A program made the translations under genes and the position numbers. A DNA stretch of 64,000 nucleotides from Pseudomonadota bacterium. Lineage in GTDB: Bacteria > Pseudomonadota > Alphaproteobacteria > Caulobacterales > Hyphomonadaceae. Numbering within the stretch: the first letter of the stretch is position 1; each line of letters starts with the position of its first letter. The notes below the pieces were generated by a model, which was not told the origin of the DNA, made no database searches, and saw nothing but the letters and a program-made list of their open reading frames with translations. Location: NCBI GenBank assembly GCA_038526515.1, contig JBCBGS010000001.1, forward strand, positions 4,733 through 68,732, given 5' to 3'. This document shows positions 50,209 through 60,151 of this stretch, in pieces.

Positions 50209-50949
50209 TTACGCCGCGATAGGTTTGACCCCAGATACACTCGTCGCGCACCCAAAGAAGTGCTTCTTAAAGGTGACCTCCAGTCCCCGGGCGCGCAGCA
50301 TCTCAGAAAATTCGGACGCGTCGCCAAAGTTCGTCGAATAGGTCCCGATCATCGCAAAGTCTTTTGCGCCGCTCAAAAAGAGTTTCTCAATGATTGGAAG
50401 GACCGTTTTTAGGTGAAACAAGTATAGTGGGCGAAGCCACCAACCTTTGGGATCCGATGCTTCGATCAAGGAAAAAACCGCGCCGGGTTTTAATACTCGG
50501 GCGATAAGGTCCGCTAAGCGCTCAAGCTGATCTTGGTTGAAAGTTTTTAGCCCAAACGTCGAGACCACGAAGTCCGCGCTCTCAGGAGGCAATCGCGTTT
50601 GAAGGATGTTGTCCGCGACAAATTCTATTTTGTGTGCACGCATTTGGTGTAGGCGGCGCATCGCCTTTTTGTGCATGCCGTCCGATATATCGATCGCTTT
50701 GATGCTGTCGATCCTGGAGTGTCGTTTTAGAAGATGCGGCCAGATTTCTCCCGTGCCGGACATCAAATCATATCCTAGTCCAGTAAGTTGCCGGTCGGTG
50801 CTTAAGTTTTTGACACAGTCACTTCGCCAGATTTCCGTGAATCCAAATGAACAAATGGTGCTGAACCAAATGTACTTTTGGGAGCAACGATCAAATACCT
50901 CTTTTACAAAGCTAGGATCGTAAATGTCATTGATGTTTGGATGTGTCAT
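50209..50949 (-). CDS. Class I SAM-dependent methyltransferase (UbiE/MenG-like)
   Basis: DLMSGTGE, IDISDGM and RVLKPGA. Confidence 0.85.
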   Translation of the reverse strand: MTHPNINDIYDPSFVKEVFDRCSQKYIWFSTICSFGFTEIWRSDCVKNLSTDRQLTGLGYDLMSGTGEIWPHLLKRHSRIDSIKAIDISDGMHKKAMRRLHQMRAHKIEFVADNILQTRLPPESADFVVSTFGLKTFNQDQLERLADLIARVLKPGAVFSLIEASDPKGWWLRPLYLFHLKTVLPIIEKLFLSGAKDFAMIGTYSTNFGDASEFSEMLRARGLEVTFKKHFFGCATSVSGVKPIAA

Positions 50950-51055
50950 AGTAGAGCAGACCTATCACTTCGTAGTGTCAAATCTACCTGCCTCAACGTC
51001 ACGGTTCGACTTGGCGCGTGGCTTCGTTATTGTGCGCTCTAGGAGGAACTGATCC

Positions 51056-52216
51056 ATGGCTTTTGATCCTGAAATTCGCGATGCATTGATCGACCAGGTC
51101 CGTCGTTTTGTGCGGGAACGCTGCGTCCCTGCGGAAGCGCAAGTGGCTGAGGATGATTTGGTTCCAAGCGAACTTGTTCAAGAGATGAAAGAGCTGGGCC
51201 TGTTCGGCTTAGCAGTTCCAGAAGAGTATGGCGGCCTTGGGCTGGATATGGAGACCGAATGTCTGGTCGGGTTTGAGCTAGGCTGGACCTCGCCTGCGTT
51301 CCGGTCAGCTGCCGGGACGAATATCGGGATTGGCTCCCAAGCCCTGGTCTTGTTTGGAACCGAAGAGCAGAAAGAAAAGTATCTGCCCGGCATTGCCAGC
51401 GGCGAGATCGTGACCAGCTTTGCGCTCACTGAGCCTGAGGCCGGATCGGACGCCGGGGGCCTGCGCACCAAGGCGACGAAGGATGGCGACGCTTACGTTT
51501 TGAATGGCGGTAAGCGCTACATCACCAATGCGAATGTCGCGGACCTGTTCACGGTTATGGCGCGCACTAATCCGGATGAGCCAGGTGGCAAAGGCGTCTC
51601 GGCCTTTATCGTACCGCGCGACACAGAGGGTCTATCCGTCGGCAAACCAGAAAAGAAAATGGGCCAGCAAGGGGCTCACATTTGCGATGTGAACTTCGAC
51701 AATGCGCGCGTCCCGTCCGAAATGATGGTCGCAGGCGAGGGTGAAGGCTTCAAAGTTGCGATGAGTGTGCTCGACAAAGGCCGTCTTCATATCTCCTCTG
51801 TTTGTACTGGGATGATGGAGCGTTTGATCAGCGAGATGGTCAATTACGCGATGGAGCGCGAACAGTTCGGCAAGCCGATCATGCAGCATCAGCTGATCCA
51901 AGCGATGATCGCAGACAGCCAGGCTGAAGCTTATGCCGCGCGCTGCATGATCCTGGACGCAGCCAAGAAACGCGATGCCGGTGAGCCGGTCACGATGCTG
52001 GCCTCATGCTGTAAGATGTTTGCCTCAGAGGCCGTTGGCCGGGTCGCGGATCGCGCGGTGCAAGTGTTTGGCGGCGCAGGTTATGTCGCGGATTATGGCG
52101 TCGAACGTTTCTTCCGCGACGCCCGTATTTTCCGCCTCTATGAAGGCACGACACAGATCCAACAGATCATCATTGCGCGCGAACTGAGCCGCGCTGCAAA
52201 ACGCGGAGAGATTTAA
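51056..52216 (+). CDS. Acyl-CoA dehydrogenase
   Basis: FALTEPEAGSD, REQFGKPI, FGGAGY and RLYEGTTQIQ. Confidence 0.96.
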   Translation: MAFDPEIRDALIDQVRRFVRERCVPAEAQVAEDDLVPSELVQEMKELGLFGLAVPEEYGGLGLDMETECLVGFELGWTSPAFRSAAGTNIGIGSQALVLFGTEEQKEKYLPGIASGEIVTSFALTEPEAGSDAGGLRTKATKDGDAYVLNGGKRYITNANVADLFTVMARTNPDEPGGKGVSAFIVPRDTEGLSVGKPEKKMGQQGAHICDVNFDNARVPSEMMVAGEGEGFKVAMSVLDKGRLHISSVCTGMMERLISEMVNYAMEREQFGKPIMQHQLIQAMIADSQAEAYAARCMILDAAKKRDAGEPVTMLASCCKMFASEAVGRVADRAVQVFGGAGYVADYGVERFFRDARIFRLYEGTTQIQQIIIARELSRAAKRGEI

Positions 52217-53467
52217 ATGGCCGATACTGAGCATGAGTTTGCACCGGAAGATGTCGGCCTGAATGCCGAGCGTCTGAACTATATCGCCGACTATTTCGAC
52301 AAAGCCTATGTGAAGGATGGCAAGCTGCCTTGCATGGCAACCATGGTGTCGCGCAATGGTCAGATTGTGCACGAAACCTATCGCGGGAACACGCATCTTG
52401 AAGGTGGGTCACCGATTGGGCCGGATACGATCTTCCGGATCTATTCGATGACGAAGCCGATCACATCGGTGGCCGCGATGATGCTCCATGATGAAGGCAT
52501 CATTCGGCTTGATCATGAGATTTCACGCTACATTCCAGAGTTTGCCGATACGCAGGTCTGGGATGGCGGTGACCTGAAAGACTATAAGACCCGCGCCCCA
52601 GATCGTCCGATGACCGTGCGTGACGCGTTCACCCATACGACCGGTGTCACCTACGGCTTCTTGTTCCAGCATGAAGTTGATGCCCTGTATCGCGGTGAGA
52701 AGATCGGAAATCTTGGTGAAGGCGACGGCGAGACGCTCGGCGAAATGTGCGCGCGTATCGCCAAACTCCCGCTGGTGTTCAGCCCGGGCGAGCGTTGGAA
52801 TTATGGCCACTCGACAGATATTCTCGGCCGCGTTGTTGAAGTTGCCAGCGGTCAGACGCTGGATGTCTTCTTCCGCGAGCGTATTTTTGAGCCGCTCGGC
52901 ATGGTCGATACGGACTTCTATGTCCCGGAGAGCAAGCTCGACCGGTTGATGGCGTGCTATGCCAAAAACCCGATTACGGGCGAGGTCACGCTGAGTGATG
53001 GGGCAGGGACAGATAGCAAAGCTTATCAGACACAGCCCAAGCTTTTGAATGCTGGGGGCGGGCTCGTCTCCACGCTCCGAGACTATCACAGGTTCTGTCT
53101 GATGCTGCTGCAGGCTGGTAGCTTGGAAGGCGCGCGCTTGCTGGGTCCTAAAACGGTTGAGTTTATGCGAATGAACCATCTGCCGGATGGGAAGACGATC
53201 AAAGAGATGGGCGATCAAACCTTCTCGGAAGCGCGCATGGAAGGCAATGGATTTGGCCTTGGTGGATCGACCGTTGTCGACGTCGCGGAGACCCTGACGC
53301 CCGGGTCGCCTGGCACTTTCAGCTGGGGTGGCCTCGCCAACACATTCTTCTGGATCGATCCGGTTGAAGAGATCATTGCGATCCAAGCGACCCAGATGAT
53401 TCCGACGGGATGCTATCCGATCCGTCCGCAATTCCAGCAGCTGGTTTACGCTGCGGTGGATTGGTAG
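52217..53467 (+). CDS. Serine hydrolase (beta-lactamase/EstB family)
   Basis: YSMTKP, WNYG and SWGG. Confidence 0.92.
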   Translation: MADTEHEFAPEDVGLNAERLNYIADYFDKAYVKDGKLPCMATMVSRNGQIVHETYRGNTHLEGGSPIGPDTIFRIYSMTKPITSVAAMMLHDEGIIRLDHEISRYIPEFADTQVWDGGDLKDYKTRAPDRPMTVRDAFTHTTGVTYGFLFQHEVDALYRGEKIGNLGEGDGETLGEMCARIAKLPLVFSPGERWNYGHSTDILGRVVEVASGQTLDVFFRERIFEPLGMVDTDFYVPESKLDRLMACYAKNPITGEVTLSDGAGTDSKAYQTQPKLLNAGGGLVSTLRDYHRFCLMLLQAGSLEGARLLGPKTVEFMRMNHLPDGKTIKEMGDQTFSEARMEGNGFGLGGSTVVDVAETLTPGSPGTFSWGGLANTFFWIDPVEEIIAIQATQMIPTGCYPIRPQFQQLVYAAVDW

Positions 53468-53674
53468 CGTAGGACGCGAAACATTCTGTAAAATCACGTG
53501 TTGATTGGGGTATTTTCTACCGCAAAATGAGAAAATCGACGCTTTAGTAGGCATGTCAGCGTTGTCAGGCTTGCCAAGTCGCAAAAAAATCCCATGTTCC
53601 CCCGCGTAAGTCCCGAAAACGCGCCGGTGCTTGGTCCGGTAGACAGATAGCGGGTCACCCACCGGAGGATTTGA

Positions 53675-54049
53675 ATGACGAAATTGGACAACCCGTTCCA
53701 CACTTATGTAGAAGACCTATTCGCCAATCTTGGCCGTATCCGTATTCGGAAAATGTTTGGCGGCGCCGGGGTCTATTCCGGCGAAGACATGTTCGCACTG
53801 ATCGACAAAGACCGTGTGTACGTGAAATCAGACGACACGCTGAAAGAGCATCTGGAATCAGAAGGCGGAGAGTCGTTTGAATGGACCAACCCGAATACCG
53901 GGAAGACCATTCGCATGAGCTATGTCTCCTTACCTGTAAATGCACTCGATGATCGCGACGAAGCTTCGGCTTGGGGCCGCAAAGCGCTCGATGTTGCTAT
54001 TCAAGCACGCCGCGCGAAGGTGAAATCTCCGCGCCGCATGACTTTTTAA
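53675..54049 (+). CDS. TfoX/Sxy N-terminal domain protein
   Basis: RKMFGGAGVY...FALI...YVK, with a GGAGG RBS. Confidence 0.88.
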   Translation: MTKLDNPFHTYVEDLFANLGRIRIRKMFGGAGVYSGEDMFALIDKDRVYVKSDDTLKEHLESEGGESFEWTNPNTGKTIRMSYVSLPVNALDDRDEASAWGRKALDVAIQARRAKVKSPRRMTF

Positions 54050-54059
54050 GTCTGGTCGC

Positions 54060-54848
54060 TTAGCTGTTCCGGAAATTCGCGGGACGCTTCTCTATAAATG
54101 CCTGCACGCCTTCCCGGAAATCGGGTTGGCGGCCCGCAGTACGCTGCGCGAAACGTTCTGCTTGAAGCTGACTGTCAAAGTCATTGTCTTCTGCCTGCCA
54201 AACCAAGTCACGGATCAATGCGAGCGCTTGTGTCGGACCATCGGCCAACCGTTTCGCATAGGCCTGCGCCTCGTCCATCAGTTTGTCATCCGCGACCACA
54301 CGGTTGATCATGCCCCATTCGAGGGCTTGTTCCGCCGGGATTTTATCCCCGAACAAAGTCATTTCCATCGCTTTCGCCCGGCCGACCATGCGCGGTAGTA
54401 GGAAAGTCGAGCCACCATCTGGAACGAGCCCAATGCGGCGGAAGGCCTGAAGGAAGTAGCCGCTCTGACCGGCGATAATGAAATCGCCCATCAGCGCGAT
54501 CGAGCAGCCAACGCCGGCAGCAGCGCCGTTGACGGCCGTGATGATCGGGTGCGGGTGGGTGCGCATCGCCTTGATGAATGGGTTATAGTGGGAATCGAGC
54601 GCTTTACCGGCATCTGGCTTCCCTTGCGCGGGAGCGCCATCGGGCCGCGCTGATAGGTTCGCGCCGGAACAAAATCCGCGGCCATTCCCAGTCAGGATCG
54701 TACAACGCGCTTCGTCCGCGGCGTTTTCGATCGCGAGCGACAATTCCTCGATCGTATCCATGCCTGCGGCGTTCATGGTCGATGGATCATTGAAGGCGAT
54801 CGTGGCGATATCGTCGACGACCTCATAAGAAATCTTCTTGAAGCTCAT
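54060..54848 (-). CDS. Enoyl-CoA hydratase/isomerase (PaaG-like)
   Basis: GFCSGANL, VNGAAAGVG and GLVPDGG. Confidence 0.92.
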   Translation of the reverse strand: MSFKKISYEVVDDIATIAFNDPSTMNAAGMDTIEELSLAIENAADEARCTILTGNGRGFCSGANLSARPDGAPAQGKPDAGKALDSHYNPFIKAMRTHPHPIITAVNGAAAGVGCSIALMGDFIIAGQSGYFLQAFRRIGLVPDGGSTFLLPRMVGRAKAMEMTLFGDKIPAEQALEWGMINRVVADDKLMDEAQAYAKRLADGPTQALALIRDLVWQAEDNDFDSQLQAERFAQRTAGRQPDFREGVQAFIEKRPANFRNS

Positions 54849-54986
54849 GGCGCTCTCCCGTTTTTACCCAATCTATTCAGCTCTGCAGCGCTGAAAACCG
54901 TGACGTGGGGGCAGGCGGATTTGTTTTGTGTTCTGGCGTTTCTAGGTTATCCTTTACGTCAACGATAATACACCCCGGAGGATTAA

Positions 54987-56423
54987 ATGGCATTGGACGG
55001 ACTTTCAGCAGATGGCATGGGTGCCATTCTCGCCAAACAGAAGGCAGCCCACATTCGAGACGGCATTCCGTCAGCGGCCCAGCGCGAAGCGTGGATCGAT
55101 AAGTCAATTGACCTCCTGGTAACCCATGGCGACGCGCTCGCAAAAGCCATGGCCGAAGACTTCGGGCACCGCTCTGTTGATCAGTCGAATCTGACGGATA
55201 TTGCGGGCTCTATCGGCGCGCTCAAATTCTCCAAAAAGCATATGCGCAAGTGGATGCGCCCAGAGAAGCGCGGCGTGGAATTCCCGCTCGGCCTGCTGGG
55301 CTCGAAGGCGCAGATCCAATATCAGCCGAAAGGCTCGATCGGCATTATCAGTCCGTGGAACTTTCCGGTGAATTTGACCTTCGCGCCGCTCGCTAACGTC
55401 TTTGCGGCGGGCAACCGCGCGATGATCAAACCGTCTGAGTTCACGGAAAAGACCAGTGAGCTAATGGCTGAACTGATCGCCAAATATTACACCGAAGAAG
55501 AAGTGGCTGTGGTGACCGGTGGCCCCGATGTCGGCGCCGCGTTCACACAGCTTCCATTCGATCACATCGTCTTCACCGGCGCGACCTCCATTGCGCACCA
55601 TGTGATGCGCGCCGCAGCGGACAATCTCGTGCCGCTCACCCTGGAGCTTGGCGGGAAGTCGCCTGTTGTCTTAGGCAAATCTGCGGACGTCCAAAAAGCG
55701 GCGAGCCGGATCATGGCAGGTAAGACGCTGAATGCTGGCCAAATCTGCTTGGCGCCAGACTATGCTTTCGTGCCGGAAGAGAAGACCGGTGAGTTTGTCG
55801 GAGCCGCTCAGGCCGCCGTGGGTAAGATGTTTGCGGATGGCTTGAAAGACAATGATGACTACACATCGATCGTCAACCAGCGCCACTATGACCGCCTGAA
55901 CTCTTACCTGGATGATGCGCGCGAAAAAGGCGCTGAAGTGATTGAAATCAATCCGCAGAATGAGAATTTCAGCCAGCAGCCGCACCACAAAATGGCGCCG
56001 CATATCGTGCTCAATCCAACCGATGATATGAAGGTGATGCAGGACGAGATTTTCGGACCGATCCTGCCGCTGAAATCATACAATGATACCAAAGACGCGG
56101 TTGCTTACATCAATGACAATCCGCGTCCGCTCGGCCTCTATTATTTTGGGGATGATGCCAATGAGCGCGACATGGTGCTCAACAACACCACATCAGGCGG
56201 CGTGACAGTGAACGATGTGATCTTCCACGTCGCTCAAGAAGACCTGCCATTCGGCGGCGTCGGTCCATCCGGAATGGGCGCCTATCATGGCCGCGATGGC
56301 TTCTATGAGTTCAGTCATAAGAAAGCGATCTACACCCAAACCGGCAACGAGATCCTCGCGATGATGCGCCCGCCTTACGGCGATAAATTCCGCAAACAGG
56401 TCCAAGGCCGCATCAAGAAATAG
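54987..56423 (+). CDS. calB: Coniferyl-aldehyde dehydrogenase-like ALDH3
   Basis: PWNFP, KPSEFT, LELGGKSP, NAGQICLAPDY and DEIFGP. Confidence 0.85.
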   Translation: MALDGLSADGMGAILAKQKAAHIRDGIPSAAQREAWIDKSIDLLVTHGDALAKAMAEDFGHRSVDQSNLTDIAGSIGALKFSKKHMRKWMRPEKRGVEFPLGLLGSKAQIQYQPKGSIGIISPWNFPVNLTFAPLANVFAAGNRAMIKPSEFTEKTSELMAELIAKYYTEEEVAVVTGGPDVGAAFTQLPFDHIVFTGATSIAHHVMRAAADNLVPLTLELGGKSPVVLGKSADVQKAASRIMAGKTLNAGQICLAPDYAFVPEEKTGEFVGAAQAAVGKMFADGLKDNDDYTSIVNQRHYDRLNSYLDDAREKGAEVIEINPQNENFSQQPHHKMAPHIVLNPTDDMKVMQDEIFGPILPLKSYNDTKDAVAYINDNPRPLGLYYFGDDANERDMVLNNTTSGGVTVNDVIFHVAQEDLPFGGVGPSGMGAYHGRDGFYEFSHKKAIYTQTGNEILAMMRPPYGDKFRKQVQGRIKK

Positions 56424-56444
56424 GCGTCAGTCTTTATCATACGG

Positions 56445-56472
56445 AAAAGCCGTCCTTCGGGGCGGCTTTTTT
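56445..56472. terminator. Bidirectional terminator
   Basis: AAAAGCCGTCC-TTCG-GGGCGGCTTTTTT between convergent genes. Confidence 0.85.
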
Positions 56473-58423
56473 AGTTGGTGACGGGCATGTGCTCCGCCAA
56501 AAACGCATCCATAGCGCGCAGGGTTTGCATTCGTGTATCGGCTACAGAAAGCCAGTGATCTTCGCCCTTGAGTTTCACCAGCTCAACCTGTTTGCCAGCG
56601 CGTTTCAGCGCGCTACGCATCCGCGTGCTTTGCGTATATGGAACAACCGTATCATCATCGCCATGGATCAGGAGGATGGGCGCTGTTGCGTTCTCGGCGA
56701 AATTGGCGGGTGAGATGGATTGCAACTTCTTTCGCCGCGCATCGCCTTCCGCCATCACATCTTCCCAATAGCTGACGACCCAGTGATTCCTGCCATGATC
56801 GCGCTTTTCGGATTGCAGCATTCTGTTCAGGTCACTGACCGGTGCGATCGCAATGGCGCATTTGTAGAGATCCGGCGTAAACACAGCCCCCGCGAGCGCC
56901 GCATATCCGCCATAACTGGCGCCGACAATGCAGACATTCTCCGGATCAACATAGCCAGCTTTGACGAGCGCGTTGACGCCGTCAGTGAGATCGCTCTGCA
57001 TCTTGCCGCCCCATTCGCCGCGACCGGCATCTTCGAACTCCTCGCCAAAACCGGTCGACCCCCGAAAGTTTGGCTGAATGACGAGATAGCCGCGATTGGC
57101 AAAGAACTGAGCTATCCAATCGAAATCGAACCCATCATATGATGCCGGACCGCCATGCGGCAGCATGATAGCGGGGATCGCGCCAGACTGACCTGGGCTG
57201 AAATCAGGAGGAATCGTGAGGATCGCCTGGATCGTTAAGCCATCCTGCGCTTTGTATTCAATGCTCAGCAAGGGGCCTATGGCTTCACTCGGTATAGCGG
57301 GGCGGGCGCGCCCCGCGATTTGAAGCTTGTCCGTCTCCACCTCATGCAACAACCAAACGTCGCCAATGGTGGCTTCAAAAGCACGATACAGAACGGTCCC
57401 GCGATCATCGGTCCAGGAGTCGAGATAGATCGTTGCCTGTGGCAGCTGCGCCGAAACACCTGCCACACTTTTCTCGAGTGCCGGATCCAGAAAGGCGTAG
57501 CTTGGTTCAACACCAGCATAACGCAGGCCGAGTATTTTGCGATTGGCGTCGGAATAGATGCGTTCAATCTCTGTTTTGTTTGGCGGGAACACCGGACCTG
57601 AAACTTCGCCGTCGAAGCCTAGCTTCATGAGCGTATCGAACCCATCCTTATCGTTTTTGATGAAAACGAGCCCGCTTTCATCCGGCATCACGCCGAGGAT
57701 CGAAACGGGAAGAATTTCATCCTCGATTTCGAAGATCGTTTTCCACTTTTTGTCGATATAGGCCTGAACGGAGTACAGGTTCTTCTTGTTATTGTAGCGC
57801 TCTCTTGCGAGGACGCGACCTTGCTCGCCGACAAACCAGTCCCGCGTATCATTCGTACCTTTCTGATAGCGCAAACCCCGCGGGTTCTTAATGTCGACCT
57901 TGAGCAAGTCATAAGTCGGCGAGCTGTATTTAGGCCCCATATAAGCGGGCATCAAAATTTGGCCGGGAGAGCTTCCGTGCCCGATAATGCCGCCTAATCC
58001 GCTTTGTGCGGGGAACATGTCTTTTGTGCCCTTGAGTAATTGGCTGACTTTTTGCGTGTCGAGGTTCATCACGAACGCACCGGAATATTCATACTCCCCT
58101 CGGAATCCGTATGTGCTCGTCGTCTTCGAGGCGTGTAAGATGAGGTTATTTCGGTCGTAAAATTCAATCCCGCGCGCTTTGCTGTTCTCTATGCCGAGTT
58201 GAACAGGCGCATCGCCCTCTAGGCTGACGATTGCCAGACGCGTGCCCACATCCAGATTTGCGATCGTTGCGAGTTTCGTTCCATCCGGAGAAATTTCTGC
58301 CGACGAAATTTGAGGCAGTGCGCCATAGGCTTCCAGGGGTGGGCGAGGATAATCGGACTGGGCGTTTGCAAGACTCGTCGAAGCGCCAAAAAGCCATATC
58401 GCCGTAAATATTATCGTCCGCAT
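56471..58423 (-). CDS. S9 family (prolyl oligopeptidase-like) peptidase, secreted
   Basis: Signal peptide, PHGGP, GASYGGY, HGDDDTVV and GEDH. Confidence 0.93.
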   Translation of the reverse strand: MRTIIFTAIWLFGASTSLANAQSDYPRPPLEAYGALPQISSAEISPDGTKLATIANLDVGTRLAIVSLEGDAPVQLGIENSKARGIEFYDRNNLILHASKTTSTYGFRGEYEYSGAFVMNLDTQKVSQLLKGTKDMFPAQSGLGGIIGHGSSPGQILMPAYMGPKYSSPTYDLLKVDIKNPRGLRYQKGTNDTRDWFVGEQGRVLARERYNNKKNLYSVQAYIDKKWKTIFEIEDEILPVSILGVMPDESGLVFIKNDKDGFDTLMKLGFDGEVSGPVFPPNKTEIERIYSDANRKILGLRYAGVEPSYAFLDPALEKSVAGVSAQLPQATIYLDSWTDDRGTVLYRAFEATIGDVWLLHEVETDKLQIAGRARPAIPSEAIGPLLSIEYKAQDGLTIQAILTIPPDFSPGQSGAIPAIMLPHGGPASYDGFDFDWIAQFFANRGYLVIQPNFRGSTGFGEEFEDAGRGEWGGKMQSDLTDGVNALVKAGYVDPENVCIVGASYGGYAALAGAVFTPDLYKCAIAIAPVSDLNRMLQSEKRDHGRNHWVVSYWEDVMAEGDARRKKLQSISPANFAENATAPILLIHGDDDTVVPYTQSTRMRSALKRAGKQVELVKLKGEDHWLSVADTRMQTLRAMDAFLAEHMPVTN

Positions 58424-58485
58424 GTCTCTCTGCCTCTATTGTATAGAGACAGATTAGATTTGTATTTGTTTCGCGCAAGCGAAAC

Positions 58486-59955
58486 TTATTTTAAGAAAGC
58501 GGGAACGTCGTCGCCGAAGCCTTTAACCTCGTCTGGAGCCGGCTCGAGGATGAGGTCATCATCTTTTCGCTTATAATCGCGTTTCGGGCGATCTTTGCGG
58601 TCGCGTTTTGGCTTTGGTGTTTCCGCTGTTGCTTCCTCAGAAACCGCTTTTTCGGAACCTGCTTCCTCGACCGGTTCACTGCGTTCTTTGCGTCCGCGTG
58701 AGCGGCCACGACCTTCGCCACGCTCTCCGCGATCGCGGCGGCGTCCGCCTCGGTCTCCGCGGCCACGTCTGCGGTCGCCATCGGTAGGCAGACCTTCCAG
58801 CTCTTCCGCGAGGCCTTCTGGCATGTATTCTTCAACGTCGGTCTTGATCAGCATCATCACACCGCGCCAGCCTTTGGCATCATCCGGTCCGACGATCGTG
58901 AAGCTTTCACCTTCACGTCCGGCGCGGCCTGTTCGGCCAATGCGGTGGACATAGTCTTCGTCTTTTGGTGGCGGCGCATAATTGAACACATGACCAACAT
59001 CCGGAATATCGAGGCCGCGGGCTGCGACGTCAGATGCGACCAGCAATTGCAGCTCACCTTCCCGAAACTTATTCAGCGTCTCCATCCGCGCGCTTTGCGG
59101 TAGGTCGCCATGGATTGGCGAAGCACTGAAGCCATGCTTGGTCAACGATTTGGCGACGATGTCGACTTCACGCTTTCGGTTACAGAAGACGATGCCGTTC
59201 TTTACGTCTCGACTTTCGATCACGCGGCGTAGCGCTGTGCGTTTCGCTTTGTCATCGCCGCGCTCGATTTTGACGACATGCTGCTTGATCGTCTCAGCTG
59301 TTTTGGATTGGCGTGCGACCTCAATCCGGATCGGATCTTTCTGGAAGGTCTTTGCGAGCCGCGCGATCTCTTTCGGCATGGTTGCAGAGAAGAGCAGGGT
59401 CTGGCGGCGCGGTGGCAGGAGCTTACAGATCTTCTCAATGTCCGGGATGAAACCCATGTCGAGCATGCGGTCGGCTTCGTCGATGGTGAAGACCTCGACG
59501 CCCGTCAGCAGGATCTTGCCGCGTTCAAATTGGTCGATCAGGCGGCCAGGAGTGGCGATCAGAACATCGACGCCGCGGGTCAGCTTCTGTTCCTGGTCTT
59601 TGAAACTCACACCGCCAATCAGCAGCGCCATATTGAGTTTCAGGTCTTTGCCATAGGTTTCGAAATTCTCGGCGACTTGTGCCGCGAGTTCGCGGGTTGG
59701 GCAGAGGATTAAGCTGCGCGGCATCCGAGCGCGTGCCCGACCTTTCGCCAAGCGGTGCATCATGGGCAGCGTGAAGGCCGCGGTCTTACCGGTTCCGGTT
59801 TGGGCGATACCCGTGACGTCGCCGCCCTTTTTAATGACGGGGATCGCTTTTTCTTGGATCGGGGTGGGGTGCTCATACCCGGCGGCGTCAATCGCAGTTT
59901 GAATGCGCGGATCGAGGTTTAGCTCAGCGAATGTAATCTTTGGTTCGTCAGTCAA
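58486..59955 (-). CDS. DEAD-box RNA helicase (RhlE-like)
   Basis: AQTGTGKT, PTRELA, DEAD, SAT and HRIGRTGR, with an Arg/Gly-rich tail. Confidence 0.96.
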   Translation of the reverse strand: MTDEPKITFAELNLDPRIQTAIDAAGYEHPTPIQEKAIPVIKKGGDVTGIAQTGTGKTAAFTLPMMHRLAKGRARARMPRSLILCPTRELAAQVAENFETYGKDLKLNMALLIGGVSFKDQEQKLTRGVDVLIATPGRLIDQFERGKILLTGVEVFTIDEADRMLDMGFIPDIEKICKLLPPRRQTLLFSATMPKEIARLAKTFQKDPIRIEVARQSKTAETIKQHVVKIERGDDKAKRTALRRVIESRDVKNGIVFCNRKREVDIVAKSLTKHGFSASPIHGDLPQSARMETLNKFREGELQLLVASDVAARGLDIPDVGHVFNYAPPPKDEDYVHRIGRTGRAGREGESFTIVGPDDAKGWRGVMMLIKTDVEEYMPEGLAEELEGLPTDGDRRRGRGDRGGRRRDRGERGEGRGRSRGRKERSEPVEEAGSEKAVSEEATAETPKPKRDRKDRPKRDYKRKDDDLILEPAPDEVKGFGDDVPAFLK

Positions 59956-60068
59956 TGTGTTGTCCAGCTGGAGGGTCTATAGTCGGTCTCATCAAGCTGC
60001 TCCGAATTGAACAGCGGGGCCGACTTAGAATCACTGCGCCGGCAAACATGTTGCGCCGCACATAGTGC

Positions 60069-60097
60069 AAAAAAGCCCACCGGCAAAGGTGGGCTCT
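60069..60097 (-). terminator. Terminator of sodB
   Basis: The minus strand reads AGCCCACC-TTTGCC-GGTGGGCT followed by a T run. Confidence 0.8.
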
Positions 60098-60151
60098 TCA
60101 GTCTCTGAGAGAGTGTGGTTTTTCGGTTGCCGTAAATTCGGCAAGATCCAA

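Noticed and set aside
52523-53701. 392-aa antisense ORF
   Set aside because: Shadow of the serine hydrolase gene with no domain features.
58560-58790. Repetitive CGCG/GGCG tract
   Set aside because: It encodes the Arg/Gly/Asp-rich tail of the DEAD-box helicase and is not a DNA repeat element.
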